Part shown: piece by piece, positions 20,134-30,663 of the stretch
How positions within the stretch are numbered: position 1 is the first letter of the stretch
Layout of the letters: each line of letters starts with the position of its first letter
NCBI GenBank assembly: GCA_050298595.1
Contig: JBNKUM010000101.1
Span: forward strand, 64,001 to 128,000
Length of the DNA: 64,000 nucleotides
Reading direction: 5' to 3'
From: Gammaproteobacteria bacterium
Lineage (GTDB): Bacteria > Pseudomonadota > Gammaproteobacteria > GCA-001735895
The notes under the pieces: model-generated
What the model was told of the DNA's origin: nothing
Seen by the model: the letters and a program-made list of their open reading frames with translations, nothing else
The model's database searches: none
Program-made: the position numbers and the translations under genes

Positions 20134-21141
20134 ATGAGCGAGAATTTTTCTATCATCGACCATCTGCCTGATGGATTTTTTGATGCTGAAATCAATAATA
20201 TTCGAAGTGTATTTCCACAACCTACACTAGTGCAGTTAACAGGTGATAAACCAGAAACTTTGTTCGTATCTATTCTGTTACATGGCAATGAATACTCAGG
20301 TCTTAAATCACTGCAATTGTTATTACAAAAATATCAGGACCATTTACCGCGCTCCCTCAGTTTTTTTGTAGGGAATGTTGAAGCGGCAGAAGCCAATATG
20401 CGCGTACTTGTGGGACAGACTGACTTCAATAGATGCTGGCCTGGTACCGAAATGGAACCCAATACGGCTACACGCATGATGCAACAGGTAGTTGAAGCGC
20501 TGACAACAGGACCTCTGTTTGCAGCGATAGACCTGCACAACAATAATGGTATCAATCCGCATTACGCAGGTATGACCGATGTTACCGATGAAAACCAGTA
20601 TCTGGCGGCTATGTTCAACCATATCGCACTGTTTTTTGAAATGCCCAAAGGTGTGTCCACTATGGCATTTAATGGAGTCTGTCCTGCGCTCACGCTTGAA
20701 TGTGGACGCCCCGGTGATGAATTTGGTATTCAGCATGCCACAGAATTGCTGGATGCCTTATTACACCTGGACCACTTTCCACAACGCCCGGTAGCTATGC
20801 ATGATTTACAGCTGGTGCAATCGCAGGTAACTTTGAATATCCCCGACGATGTGAGTTTTGAATTTAATCTGTCTGCGCAGGCAGACCTGACCTTCGAGCA
20901 GGGTTTCGACAGAAGGAACTTTACTGAAATTAAAACCACCGATGTCTTTGCCTATACCCGTATTGACCGGCCTCTGCTAATCACCAATCGACAGGGCAAA
21001 GATGTCACCGATGACATCATACGAATAGAAAATGGAAAGGTATTTCTGAATAAGGTTTTTATGCCTTCGATGATCACAATGGATAAATATGTTGTTAGAC
21101 AGGACTGTCTGTGCTATCTGATGTCGGATTATCACGAGTAA
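20134..21141 (+). CDS. M14 / succinylglutamate desuccinylase-aspartoacylase family zinc peptidase
   Basis: LLHGNE, DFNRCW, IDLHN and TLECG. Confidence 0.85.
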   Translation: MSENFSIIDHLPDGFFDAEINNIRSVFPQPTLVQLTGDKPETLFVSILLHGNEYSGLKSLQLLLQKYQDHLPRSLSFFVGNVEAAEANMRVLVGQTDFNRCWPGTEMEPNTATRMMQQVVEALTTGPLFAAIDLHNNNGINPHYAGMTDVTDENQYLAAMFNHIALFFEMPKGVSTMAFNGVCPALTLECGRPGDEFGIQHATELLDALLHLDHFPQRPVAMHDLQLVQSQVTLNIPDDVSFEFNLSAQADLTFEQGFDRRNFTEIKTTDVFAYTRIDRPLLITNRQGKDVTDDIIRIENGKVFLNKVFMPSMITMDKYVVRQDCLCYLMSDYHE

Positions 21142-21144
21142 GCA

Positions 21145-21423
21145 ATGAAGCCATCAACCACTGAAGCGATGTATCTATTGATCCAGCAGATCAGGGAGGC
21201 CATACCCTTTGATACCCAGTTTAGGGATGTGTGTAGTGAAGATTGTCGTGGTTGTTCAATGAAATTACTGGAGTACCTGGACAGCGAACTGGAAAGTTGG
21301 GAATATCGACTGGAACAACATGAAGTCCCCGATTTTCGTGACCTGTCTAAACTTGAACGCAGTGGACGAAAAATTTATAAAGCGTTGCAGAAAAATGGTT
21401 TGATCAACCAATCACAAAATTAA
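21145..21423 (+). CDS. small hypothetical protein with a CxxxCxxC motif
   Basis: CSEDCRGC; starts 3 nt after the peptidase stop. Confidence 0.7.
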   Translation: MKPSTTEAMYLLIQQIREAIPFDTQFRDVCSEDCRGCSMKLLEYLDSELESWEYRLEQHEVPDFRDLSKLERSGRKIYKALQKNGLINQSQN

Positions 21424-21667
21424 AATGCTACAGATATCAACTATTTGTTAGGAAAGGATTGTTGTCAGTATAAAATAGTGTTTTTTTTCAATTTTGTGTT
21501 CTAGAATTATAACTTCCTAAATGAGGGGGGCTCCCTGTCCTAAAGTGATCATTTTTTAATGATTGTTCCTGTTTAGTACAACTAAAAAGATGCAAGGATG
21601 ACTGGATACCTAAGACTTCACGTTTTTGCATTTACTAAAAAAATTCTTGAAGTGTATGGAAATTTTG

Positions 21668-23320
21668 ATGGACCCTTATACGACTCTAGGCATATCACAG
21701 CATGTAACAGAAGATGAACTTAAAAGAGCTTTTCGTAAGAAGGCAATGGAGTGTCACCCTGATAGAGCGGGATCCTCACCAGAAGCAAAAGAAAGGTTTT
21801 TTGGAATATCTCAAGCTTATAAGGCTATTTCCAAAGAACTTAAAAATAAAGCACGACTGGATCAAACTGCCTCTGCTCATAAACACCAGAGTGACAAAAC
21901 TTCTAATTTTCATGACGTATATTGGAAGGAAGTGCTTGAATATGCTAGTGACCTTGCTGAATCAGGGTATACAAAGGAAGCTGTCAGAGTAAAGGTAGCG
22001 CAAAAAGGCTGTGATGAAAAAATGGCCAGGTTGATCTCAGATCAGGCTTTTAAAATGCAGGATAAATTTAAAAGCAGACATGATGTAGATGAAATCAGGG
22101 GTAATAAATATGCCGGAAATATACCAAGGAAATTTAATTACCAGTCAATAGCTGCTCTACTGGGAGAGCAAAATGCAGGTAGATCAGGCTTGAGTAAAAC
22201 CAGTTATTACCTGGATGCATTTAATGAACTTTATGCGGATATTGAATCGGGTGCAATTTTTCCAACCAGCAAAAATCGTTATTTAAGTAAAATATTCAAC
22301 CTGGCTATAGTGCTTTTTTTACTCTTTGCGGCCTCTGTTTATTATCTTCCCGTAGTGTACAAATTTATTCCTTTGGGGCCACTAGACTTATTCCAGCTGC
22401 CTAATATCATTTTGTCGTTCATGCTTGTCTGGTCTGTGTATAGAAAGCTCTGGCTGCTATCATTAATTGGCATAGCAATATTTTCGGCAACACAAACGTA
22501 TTATTACTACAGCATGCCTGTTTCATTAGAGGAAGATTATAGTTCGATTTTGCTAACCTCATTTATATGCTACTTGCCTTTTATAATGTTATCTCGCGGG
22601 GCAAATTTCTTTTTTTACGTAAAAACGAAAAATATTATAGAGGCAGTCGATCTTCACTATTCTGAACTTGAAGAAAAACTCATTCTAATTAGGAACAGTG
22701 GTGGAGTATCAAGAATATCTGCTTTCATTGTTGTAGTTTTACTTTCATTTTATTTTCTTTATATGATTCCAGAAAAAGGATCGCTCTATAAAAAATACAA
22801 CTGGTTGGTTTATGATGACAAAATAAAAGAAAATAAAGATTTCAAACATATTCAATCTCGCGAAAGTGAGTCTGATCGTCTATACAAACTGGCCGAGGAG
22901 AATTTTAATCGTAATCCTCCACAATATGAGCAGGCCAAAATAAGCTATATGCAGGCAGCTGAATACGGGTCGTTACTATCTTATTATAAGTTAGGTTTTA
23001 TGTTTTTCGTGGGTAAAGGGGGCGTTCAGGATGATAAAAAGGCGTTCTACTATTTTAATAAAGCTGTAAATTCACCGCTTGCAAACCAGCCTCATAACCT
23101 TAGTCTGGTAACTAAATGGTTATCCGAATCTTATCGAAGTCTCGGTATTATGTATCTGGGTGGTTATGGGACTGCGAAAAATCACCAAAAAGCACAGGAA
23201 ATGTTTAGTCAGGCTATAAAATATGGGGCATCGAACGGAATCAAAAACCTGATGCATATTGAAAAACTCAAAAATCAGAACTTGCGTATTCAGATCACTT
23301 TACCTGAATATGGCCAGTAG
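21668..23320 (+). CDS. J-domain protein with multi-TM region and Sel1-like repeats
   Basis: MDPYTTLG...CHPDR J-domain, about 5 TM helices, and C-terminal LGFMFFVGKG and LGIMYLGGYG Sel1 repeats. Confidence 0.8.
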   Translation: MDPYTTLGISQHVTEDELKRAFRKKAMECHPDRAGSSPEAKERFFGISQAYKAISKELKNKARLDQTASAHKHQSDKTSNFHDVYWKEVLEYASDLAESGYTKEAVRVKVAQKGCDEKMARLISDQAFKMQDKFKSRHDVDEIRGNKYAGNIPRKFNYQSIAALLGEQNAGRSGLSKTSYYLDAFNELYADIESGAIFPTSKNRYLSKIFNLAIVLFLLFAASVYYLPVVYKFIPLGPLDLFQLPNIILSFMLVWSVYRKLWLLSLIGIAIFSATQTYYYYSMPVSLEEDYSSILLTSFICYLPFIMLSRGANFFFYVKTKNIIEAVDLHYSELEEKLILIRNSGGVSRISAFIVVVLLSFYFLYMIPEKGSLYKKYNWLVYDDKIKENKDFKHIQSRESESDRLYKLAEENFNRNPPQYEQAKISYMQAAEYGSLLSYYKLGFMFFVGKGGVQDDKKAFYYFNKAVNSPLANQPHNLSLVTKWLSESYRSLGIMYLGGYGTAKNHQKAQEMFSQAIKYGASNGIKNLMHIEKLKNQNLRIQITLPEYGQ

Positions 23321-23340
23321 TATGGATTAGTAAAAAAGTT

Positions 23341-23856
23341 GTGGCATCAAAAACAATAATTGCTCTCATTCTTTTACTCCATGCCAGCACATTATATGCA
23401 GTAAAATTTCATAGATATATGAATGAAAAGGGTGAAATTGTATTCAGTAATGTGCCAAAACAATGCATAAATAAATCGGCATTAACCTGTCTGCAATATC
23501 ACCCCGTAATTTCCTCTGGCGCCACTGGGTCTCTTTCATCAGACAAAGCAAAACTGAATTTTAAACAATCAGGAAAAAAGGCAATACAAGTGGAATATAA
23601 CAAGCCCCAAAAAATCGATAATAGTAATGGTTCCTACGATACATCCTTTGATATTCTGAACAATATTGTAGAGATGAATAATCTGATGAATGAGTATTAT
23701 GCAGGTGAATCCGATCCGGCTGAAGCAAATAAGGTACGACAACAGCAGGAATATATTTTAGATGTGCTTCAAGTGATCAAAGGTGTCTCAAGCGAGGGTG
23801 AAAAAAGCTCAATTGAAAAGTCAATCGACATTCTACGCAACAATCTAGTTGATTAA
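23341..23856 (+). CDS. secreted hypothetical protein with DUF4124-like N-terminus
   Basis: Signal peptide followed by HRYMNEKGEIVFSNVP. Confidence 0.6.
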   Translation: MASKTIIALILLLHASTLYAVKFHRYMNEKGEIVFSNVPKQCINKSALTCLQYHPVISSGATGSLSSDKAKLNFKQSGKKAIQVEYNKPQKIDNSNGSYDTSFDILNNIVEMNNLMNEYYAGESDPAEANKVRQQQEYILDVLQVIKGVSSEGEKSSIEKSIDILRNNLVD

Positions 23857-23995
23857 TCGGTGATTTTTGGTTGAATTTTTCCAAAAGTAACGGCAAAGTA
23901 ACTAATCAGAAATATTGACGTTTGGAATAGAATCGAATCCTCTCCCAGGCTTATTTTGTAGCCATATATTACACTCATACTTACTGGAAAAAGGA

Positions 23996-24892
23996 ATGAA
24001 ATACTTAGGAGTTATTTTTAGTTTTATCGCAATTTTATTATCTCAATCAGTAATCGCTGATGAACCTCAACCAGCAAACGAACAGGATCAATACATAATT
24101 GCTGCCAAAAAGATCTGGCAGTCTCTTGATAGACAGACGGGTGATATTACACTTCCTGGAGGAGTAGCTACCTTAAAAGTACCTGACAGTTTTTATTATC
24201 TAAATCCTGATGATGCTGAAACCGTACTGGTGGATGTGTGGGGGAATGTTCCTGGCGCAGGTAAGGAAACTCTCGGCATTCTTTTCCCGGCCAATAAAAC
24301 ACCCTTTGACTATGGCTCCTGGGGAGTGACTATTGAATACGAACAAGATGGTTATGTTTCCGATGAGAATGCGGATACGCTAGACTATAGCGATCTATTG
24401 TCGCAGATGAAAGAGGATACCAGAGATTCCAGTAAGCAGCGTGTTCAACAGGGTTATGAGCCTATTGAGTTGATCGGTTGGGCATCCGAACCCTTTTATG
24501 ACAGGGCGTCACATAAATTACACTGGGCAAAAGAAATCAAGTTCGGTGATCAGGAAGTGAATACGCTGAACTACAATATCAGGATATTGGGCAGGAAAGG
24601 TGTCCTGGTTTTGAATTTCATAGCGGGTATGGATCAGAAAGCCGAGATTGATTCCAATATTGATACCGTATTAGCCTTAGCAGAATTTAATCAGGGCTCT
24701 CGCTATTCCGATTTTGATCCCAGTATCGATAAAGTAGCCGCTTATGGTATAGGAGCCCTGGTTGCTGGAAAAGTGATCGCAAAAACGGGCTTAATCGCAG
24801 CGGGTTTGATCTTTCTGAAGAAGTTTGGAATCTTTATAGTCATTGGGGTTGGTGCGTTATTTAGAAAACTGTTTAACAGGCAAAAAGCCTAA
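23996..24892 (+). CDS. DUF2167 family membrane-anchored protein
   Basis: WGN, DGYVSD, LHWAKE, LNYNIRILGRKG and DKVAAYGIGALVAG. Start at MKYLG after AAGGA. Confidence 0.85.
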   Translation: MKYLGVIFSFIAILLSQSVIADEPQPANEQDQYIIAAKKIWQSLDRQTGDITLPGGVATLKVPDSFYYLNPDDAETVLVDVWGNVPGAGKETLGILFPANKTPFDYGSWGVTIEYEQDGYVSDENADTLDYSDLLSQMKEDTRDSSKQRVQQGYEPIELIGWASEPFYDRASHKLHWAKEIKFGDQEVNTLNYNIRILGRKGVLVLNFIAGMDQKAEIDSNIDTVLALAEFNQGSRYSDFDPSIDKVAAYGIGALVAGKVIAKTGLIAAGLIFLKKFGIFIVIGVGALFRKLFNRQKA

Positions 24893-24986
24893 GTACTTTG
24901 ATTATTAAATATCGATAAAGAACGGTTAAAAATTAGCTGATGATGTCATATGATCATCCATCAGCATTGTCAGGAGTGATATTACA

Positions 24987-25307
24987 ATGGGTGGTTTTTA
25001 TATGCTGGCAGGGACTCTAACCAGTGATCAGTCGCTGCAACAGCTTGCTTCACAATTTAAAGAGCTGGGTATGGCAGTTGAGATCGAAGACGATGAGCTT
25101 GAACTTGATAGCCCTGCTAACCTGGCTGTTCGCAGTGGCTTTGATCATGAATATATTCTGGTTGGAGATTCGACAGAGCGCGAGTTGCTGTTGGGTGAGT
25201 GTGAACGCTTTTCCGGATTATTAAAGCAGATGCAGATGGTCCATGAAATGGAGATCTACGATACCCGTAATGAATTAATCCATCAGTTTAACTATCACAT
25301 AGAATGA
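24987..25307 (+). CDS. hypothetical acidic protein
   Basis: 106 aa with an AGGAG RBS upstream. Confidence 0.65.
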   Translation: MGGFYMLAGTLTSDQSLQQLASQFKELGMAVEIEDDELELDSPANLAVRSGFDHEYILVGDSTERELLLGECERFSGLLKQMQMVHEMEIYDTRNELIHQFNYHIE

Positions 25308-25930
25308 TTTAACCAACGGCGAATATTTTCCTCTATCTGGGGGTATGGCTGATATCCTCGAGTCAGGACTGTATGGGCGACAGGCGTTTGACCAATCAGA
25401 GTAGGGAAGCCACTTACTTTCAGGTAGCGGGCATAATCAAAGCTTTGTTGGGTAATACGTGACGTTTCGGGGTCATCGAGAAAACGCATGAATTCTTCTT
25501 TTTCCAGACCAAATGATTGCGCGAGTTGATGCAGCTGCTCAGATGATGTGATATCAAGGTTACATTGATAAAAACTCTGTTGCAGATGTTTCAAAAAGGC
25601 CAGGGCTTTTGAGCTGTCCATTCTGAAACAGGCAATAACTGCTCGGCTGGCAGGTTCGGTATCGTAGATAAAATTACTGCGCTCGAAAAAGTCAAAATCA
25701 AAGGGCTGCCCCGATGCCTGTTGAACATGTTCCCAGTGTTTTTTGATTTCCTGTTTTGCTGCATTATCCATGATCCGGGTGTTACCTGGACTTAACCCAC
25801 CCATGAACATCTGTATCGGCAAGTCACTAAAGGTATCTCGAACTTGCTGGATTACCGGTGCAAATCCCCAGCACCAGGAGCACATAGGATCGGCGAAGTA
25901 GATTAATGATTTATCTTCAGTTTTATCCAT
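25295..25930 (-). CDS. DsbA family protein-disulfide isomerase-like protein
   Basis: YFADPMCSWCWGF and VSGFPTL. Confidence 0.88.
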   Translation of the reverse strand: MDKTEDKSLIYFADPMCSWCWGFAPVIQQVRDTFSDLPIQMFMGGLSPGNTRIMDNAAKQEIKKHWEHVQQASGQPFDFDFFERSNFIYDTEPASRAVIACFRMDSSKALAFLKHLQQSFYQCNLDITSSEQLHQLAQSFGLEKEEFMRFLDDPETSRITQQSFDYARYLKVSGFPTLIGQTPVAHTVLTRGYQPYPQIEENIRRWLNHSM

Positions 25931-26044
25931 TTGACCTGGGAGCCTCAAAAATGGACTGATATATTACCCCATTATGGGTTAAGCTGATTACAAATCAATC
26001 CACATCAGGTAGAATTCAGCGCCTTTTTCAACTTCATACTGTTT

Positions 26045-27143
26045 ATGCTTGAAACCAACCCAATCTCATTACATATTGAAGACCTGTTAGCGCGAATTGA
26101 AGCGTTAAGGGGGTATCTTTGACTATGCCGAAAAGAAAGAACAGCTAGAAGAAATCCGTATTGAGCTGGAAGATCCGGATGTATGGAATGACCCTGAAAA
26201 AGCACAGCATCTGGGCAAGGAACGTGCACGTCTGGAAACCATTATCGATGGTCTCGATAATACGGCTAATGCAGTAAGTGATGCTGCTGAATTACTAGAA
26301 CTCGCTGAGATGGAGCAGGATGAATCCACTGTAGAGTCGATTCAGGCTGATCTGGCTAAATCTGAAGCTGTAGTTGCTGAGCTGGAATTCCGTCGCATGT
26401 TCTCTGGTGAAATGGATGCCTGTAATGCCTTCCTCGATATACAGGCTGGCTCAGGTGGTACTGAGGCTCAGGACTGGGCAGAGATGATCTTACGTATGTA
26501 TCTACGTTGGGGTGAGCGTAAAGGCTTTAAAACCGAACTGATCGAGGTCTCTGCAGGTGATGTGGCGGGTATCAAGAGTGCCACGGTACGTTTCGAAGGT
26601 GAATACGCCTTTGGCTGGTTAAGGACTGAAACTGGTGTGCATCGTCTGGTGCGTAAATCGCCATTTGATTCGGGTAACCGTCGTCATACCTCTTTTGCGG
26701 CAGCCTTTGTTTCACCCGAGGTAGACGATGATATCGATATTGAAATCGATCCCTCCGATCTACGAATTGATGTGTATCGGGCCAGTGGTGCAGGTGGGCA
26801 GCACGTTAACCGTACGGAATCTGCGGTACGTATTACGCATATCCCCACTAATGTGGTGGTGCAATGCCAGAATGATCGTTCGCAACACAAGAACAAGGCA
26901 ACGGCGATGAAGCAGTTAAAAGCCAAACTGTACGAACTTGAAATTCAGAAGAAGAATGCGGCGTCACAAAATCTGGAAGATTCAAAATCCGATATCGGAT
27001 GGGGTAGTCAGATCCGCTCGTATGTACTGGATCAATCTCGTATAAAAGATTTAAGAACCCATGTTGAGACCGGAAATACCCAGGCGGTATTAGACGGTTC
27101 TTTAGACCAATTTATTGAAGCATCACTTAAGAGTGGATTGTAA
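26045..27143 (+). CDS. prfB: peptide chain release factor 2 (programmed +1 frameshift)
   Basis: ATG at 26045, 25 codons to CTT TGA C at 26117-26123 preceded by AGGGGG. The +1 frame continues with SPF and GGQ motifs. Confidence 0.97.
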
Positions 27144-27146
27144 GCT

Positions 27147-28664
27147 ATGAGCGAAAAGCACAACGCCAATAACGAAACTATCGAAGCGTCCGATGAAAAC
27201 AAACTGATTGCTCTGCGTCGTGAAAAACTGTCTGCCCTGCGCAAGCAGGGCCAGGCCTTCCCGAATCATTTCAGGCGTGACCATCTAGCTGCAGAGCTGG
27301 TGGTTGCCTATGAGTTTAAAAGTAAGGAAGAGCTTGAAGAACTCTCTGTAAATGCCTGTATTGCTGGAAGAATGATGTTTAAGCGCGGTAAAGGAAAAAC
27401 CACTTTTGCCAACCTGCAGGACATGAGTGGGCAATTCCAGATCTATGTACGTCAGGATGCGATTGGTGCGGAAAACTACGAGGCATTCAAGCATAGCGAT
27501 ATCGGCGATATCTTTGGAGCCGAAGGCACTTTATTCAAAACCCAGACTGGTGAATTATCACTTAAGGTGACTAGTCTGATTCTGTTGACCAAGTCGCTGC
27601 GTCCGCTACCAGAAAAATTTCACGGACTGACCGATACCGAGCAAAAGTATCGTCAGCGTTACCTTGATCTGATCATGAATGAAGAATCACGCACGGTTTT
27701 CCATACACGTAGTAAAGCCATTAATTTCATCCGCCAGTACCTCACCAAAAAGGGATACATGGAAGTGGAAACCCCGATGATGCATGTGATTCCAGGTGGC
27801 GCCACTGCTAGGCCTTTCGTCACTCACCACAATGCCTTAGGCATGGATTTATTTCTGCGTGTTGCACCAGAGTTATACCTCAAACGTCTGGTAGTTGGTG
27901 GTGTCGAAAAGGTGTTTGAAATCAACCGCAGTTTTCGTAACGAAGGTCTTTCTACCCGACATAATCCCGAATTCACCATGATCGAATTCTATGAAGCCTA
28001 TGCCGACTATATCCAGCTGATGGATTTAACTGAGGATTTACTGCGCAATCTGGCGCTTGAAGTCATTGGCAGTACCACCATCATTAATCAGGGCGAAGAG
28101 TTTGATCTGGCCAGGCCTTTTGCCCGTATGTCGGTTAAGGAATCCATCATCCACTTTAATCCTGACATTGATCCAGTAGCACTTGATGATCTGGAGCAGT
28201 GTAAGGCGATTGCCACCAGTATGAGCATCCCTTTGATGGATAGCTATGGGATTGGTAAGGTTCAGCTCGAAATTTTTGAGAAAACGGTTGAGCATCGACT
28301 GATCCAGCCGACCTTTATCACTCAGTATCCTACGGAGGTTTCTCCGCTGGCGCGACGCAATGATGATGATCCTCTGGTCACTGATCGTTTTGAATTCTTT
28401 ATCGCGGGACGCGAGCTGGCGAATGGGTTTTCGGAATTAAACGATGCAGAAGATCAGGCCGAGCGCTTTAAGCAACAGGTTGCTGACAAGGATGCCGGAG
28501 ATATGGAAGCGATGCATTATGATGACGATTATATTCGGGCGCTGGAGTATGGTTTACCACCAACGGCAGGTGAGGGGATAGGAATTGATCGGTTGATTAT
28601 GTTTCTGACTGATTCTCCAAGTATTCGTGATGTGCTGTTATTTCCGCATATGCGTCCTGAATAA
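27147..28664 (+). CDS. lysS: lysyl-tRNA synthetase, class II
   Basis: [23 protein letters not shown] and [13 protein letters not shown]. Confidence 0.98.
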   Translation: MSEKHNANNETIEASDENKLIALRREKLSALRKQGQAFPNHFRRDHLAAELVVAYEFKSKEELEELSVNACIAGRMMFKRGKGKTTFANLQDMSGQFQIYVRQDAIGAENYEAFKHSDIGDIFGAEGTLFKTQTGELSLKVTSLILLTKSLRPLPEKFHGLTDTEQKYRQRYLDLIMNEESRTVFHTRSKAINFIRQYLTKKGYMEVETPMMHVIPGGATARPFVTHHNALGMDLFLRVAPELYLKRLVVGGVEKVFEINRSFRNEGLSTRHNPEFTMIEFYEAYADYIQLMDLTEDLLRNLALEVIGSTTIINQGEEFDLARPFARMSVKESIIHFNPDIDPVALDDLEQCKAIATSMSIPLMDSYGIGKVQLEIFEKTVEHRLIQPTFITQYPTEVSPLARRNDDDPLVTDRFEFFIAGRELANGFSELNDAEDQAERFKQQVADKDAGDMEAMHYDDDYIRALEYGLPPTAGEGIGIDRLIMFLTDSPSIRDVLLFPHMRPE

Positions 28665-28685
28665 ACAGTTTTCTACATCAGTAAT

Positions 28686-28715
28686 AAAAAGCGCCCACAA
28701 CAGTGGGCGTTTTTT
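28686..28715. terminator. intrinsic terminator, probably bidirectional
   Basis: AAAAA-GCGCCCAC-aaca-GTGGGCGT-TTTTT between convergent genes. Confidence 0.85.
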
Positions 28716-28747
28716 GGTTTGGTCACTTAAAAAAAAAGCAGGGTAAA

Positions 28748-29563
28748 TTAAGCGATAGCCTCTTTGATTTCTGCAACGCCACCAGACATATCAATCTCTT
28801 CAAAACTCTCCATACCGACACGGGCAAGTGAGCCAACCTGAGAGGTGTCAACATGTCCCAGAGGGTGGTTAGTGCCCGCTACAGTCTCAATCAGGGCGAC
28901 CTGAACCACATCGGTAAAATCCGGAGCACCATTATTAACGCGATTAATATCAAGATGCTCCTCAGGAACCATAACAATATCATCATGAAAATCCCACTTT
29001 CTTAGAATGGCAGCACCCACCACAGGATACAGTTCGTTGATGATTTGATCCAGGAGGCTGATGTTGTTAAGAAGTTCCGGGTCACTTTCAACTTTTACCA
29101 GTATCGGAGAAACACCGATACAATGGGTAAGCCCTGCCAGCAAGGCACTATTGGGATCCAGATTGGTGCTGGTTTTGGCCAGCATGGCACTTAATGCCGC
29201 TACATCGGTACTTAGCTTCCAGCTCTTTCTCAGGTATTTATCGACCACAGGGTTTGTCGCCTGGAAAAGTTGTTTCATAACCAGCGAGGTTGCCAGGTTG
29301 CGAACCGTTATTAAGCCCATACGAGTCACTGCGTTATGCACATTATCTGAAGAGCTCAGCCCTCGGTAAAGAGCCGAGTTTGCTACCTGAATAATTCGAG
29401 CTGATAAGGCAGCATCTGTTTCGATGATCTCCGAGATATCCTTTATGGTTGAGTTTTCGTCATCCACAGTTTCCCGAACTTTAATGGCAACTTCAGGCAG
29501 GGTGGGTAAAGGGAGTCGATCATTCTTAAGGTCTTCAAGAATGCTTTCTTCGGTGATACTCAT
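28748..29563 (-). CDS. HDOD domain protein
   Basis: LPTLPEV, DAALSARIIQVANS and AGLTHCIG. Confidence 0.9.
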   Translation of the reverse strand: MSITEESILEDLKNDRLPLPTLPEVAIKVRETVDDENSTIKDISEIIETDAALSARIIQVANSALYRGLSSSDNVHNAVTRMGLITVRNLATSLVMKQLFQATNPVVDKYLRKSWKLSTDVAALSAMLAKTSTNLDPNSALLAGLTHCIGVSPILVKVESDPELLNNISLLDQIINELYPVVGAAILRKWDFHDDIVMVPEEHLDINRVNNGAPDFTDVVQVALIETVAGTNHPLGHVDTSQVGSLARVGMESFEEIDMSGGVAEIKEAIA

Positions 29564-29667
29564 TTATTATTTTCCACTATTATAACGGTTGTAATCTATT
29601 CTGAATGCAGATTATAGATGTCAGAAATTTATTCAACAAAACAATCTGGCTAAATCCGGTAAATTTA

Positions 29668-30663
29668 TTAATTATTGCTTGTTTCATCGTAGGGCAATGA
29701 CTGAAGCTTTATTGCTGAATCTGGCTGATCCAGCAAAACCAGATCATCGGCTTCAGCCTTTTCGATCTGGGCAATGAACAACATCAGACAGCTATTATCG
29801 TTTACACAAATAGCATCCACAACCTTTCCTGCACCATCTTTGCTCTCCGCATCACGGCTTTTGAGTTCATCGCCCGGCAATGGGCATTGAGCAGAATCTA
29901 GCTGCGCCAGGTACATACGCCGTTTTAGCTTACCGAGATACTGCATACGCGCGACAACTTCCTGTCCAGGGTAGCAACCTTTTTTGAAACTGACGCCACC
30001 CAGTAGCTGCAGGTTGCTCATCTGTAATACAAAGGCCAGCATGGTTTGTGGATATAGGGTTGGTATTCCAGCCTGTATCTCCTGTAATCGCCAGCTGTCT
30101 GCAACTGAAAGACTGACTTTTTCAGACAGTGTTGTTTGCAGTTCAATTGCTTCATCTTCATCATTGCTCAGCATCAGGTAACGCTGTTGTCCATCGCTAC
30201 TATGAACATGTGCGGATATCAGTGAATCAGATTGATAAACCTCGTTTAGTTGAACGGGGAATCTTTCATCTGCAGGCAAAAGGTCAGGGCTTGAGCTTAT
30301 GCCTGTGATGGCAAAAGATTCAGTGATGTCAGCCATGACTACCTGAGCTCGGATGACGTATTTCTGCAGCTGTTGCATCACATCCTGCAAAATCGACTGA
30401 GGCATGATCAACAGGTAACCACCATCGATCTGGATCACGCGGAAGATGGCAATCATGCGTCCCTTGGCATTTGAAAAAGAGCTTAGCTGGGTCTTATTCG
30501 CATCGATATGGGTAATATCGTTACTCAACTGGTTTTGCAAAAACTCCTGAGCATCTGCACCACCTACATACAATATGCCGGTATCGCTCAGGGCGCATAG
30601 CGTGTTCTGAGACTGTGCAGGTAACAGTTGCTGGGACGCTGTAAATTGTTGCCATTTATTCAT
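29668..30663 (-). CDS. ygfZ: folate-binding Fe-S repair protein YgfZ
   Basis: KKGCYPGQEVVAR signature. Confidence 0.93.
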   Translation of the reverse strand: MNKWQQFTASQQLLPAQSQNTLCALSDTGILYVGGADAQEFLQNQLSNDITHIDANKTQLSSFSNAKGRMIAIFRVIQIDGGYLLIMPQSILQDVMQQLQKYVIRAQVVMADITESFAITGISSSPDLLPADERFPVQLNEVYQSDSLISAHVHSSDGQQRYLMLSNDEDEAIELQTTLSEKVSLSVADSWRLQEIQAGIPTLYPQTMLAFVLQMSNLQLLGGVSFKKGCYPGQEVVARMQYLGKLKRRMYLAQLDSAQCPLPGDELKSRDAESKDGAGKVVDAICVNDNSCLMLFIAQIEKAEADDLVLLDQPDSAIKLQSLPYDETSNN

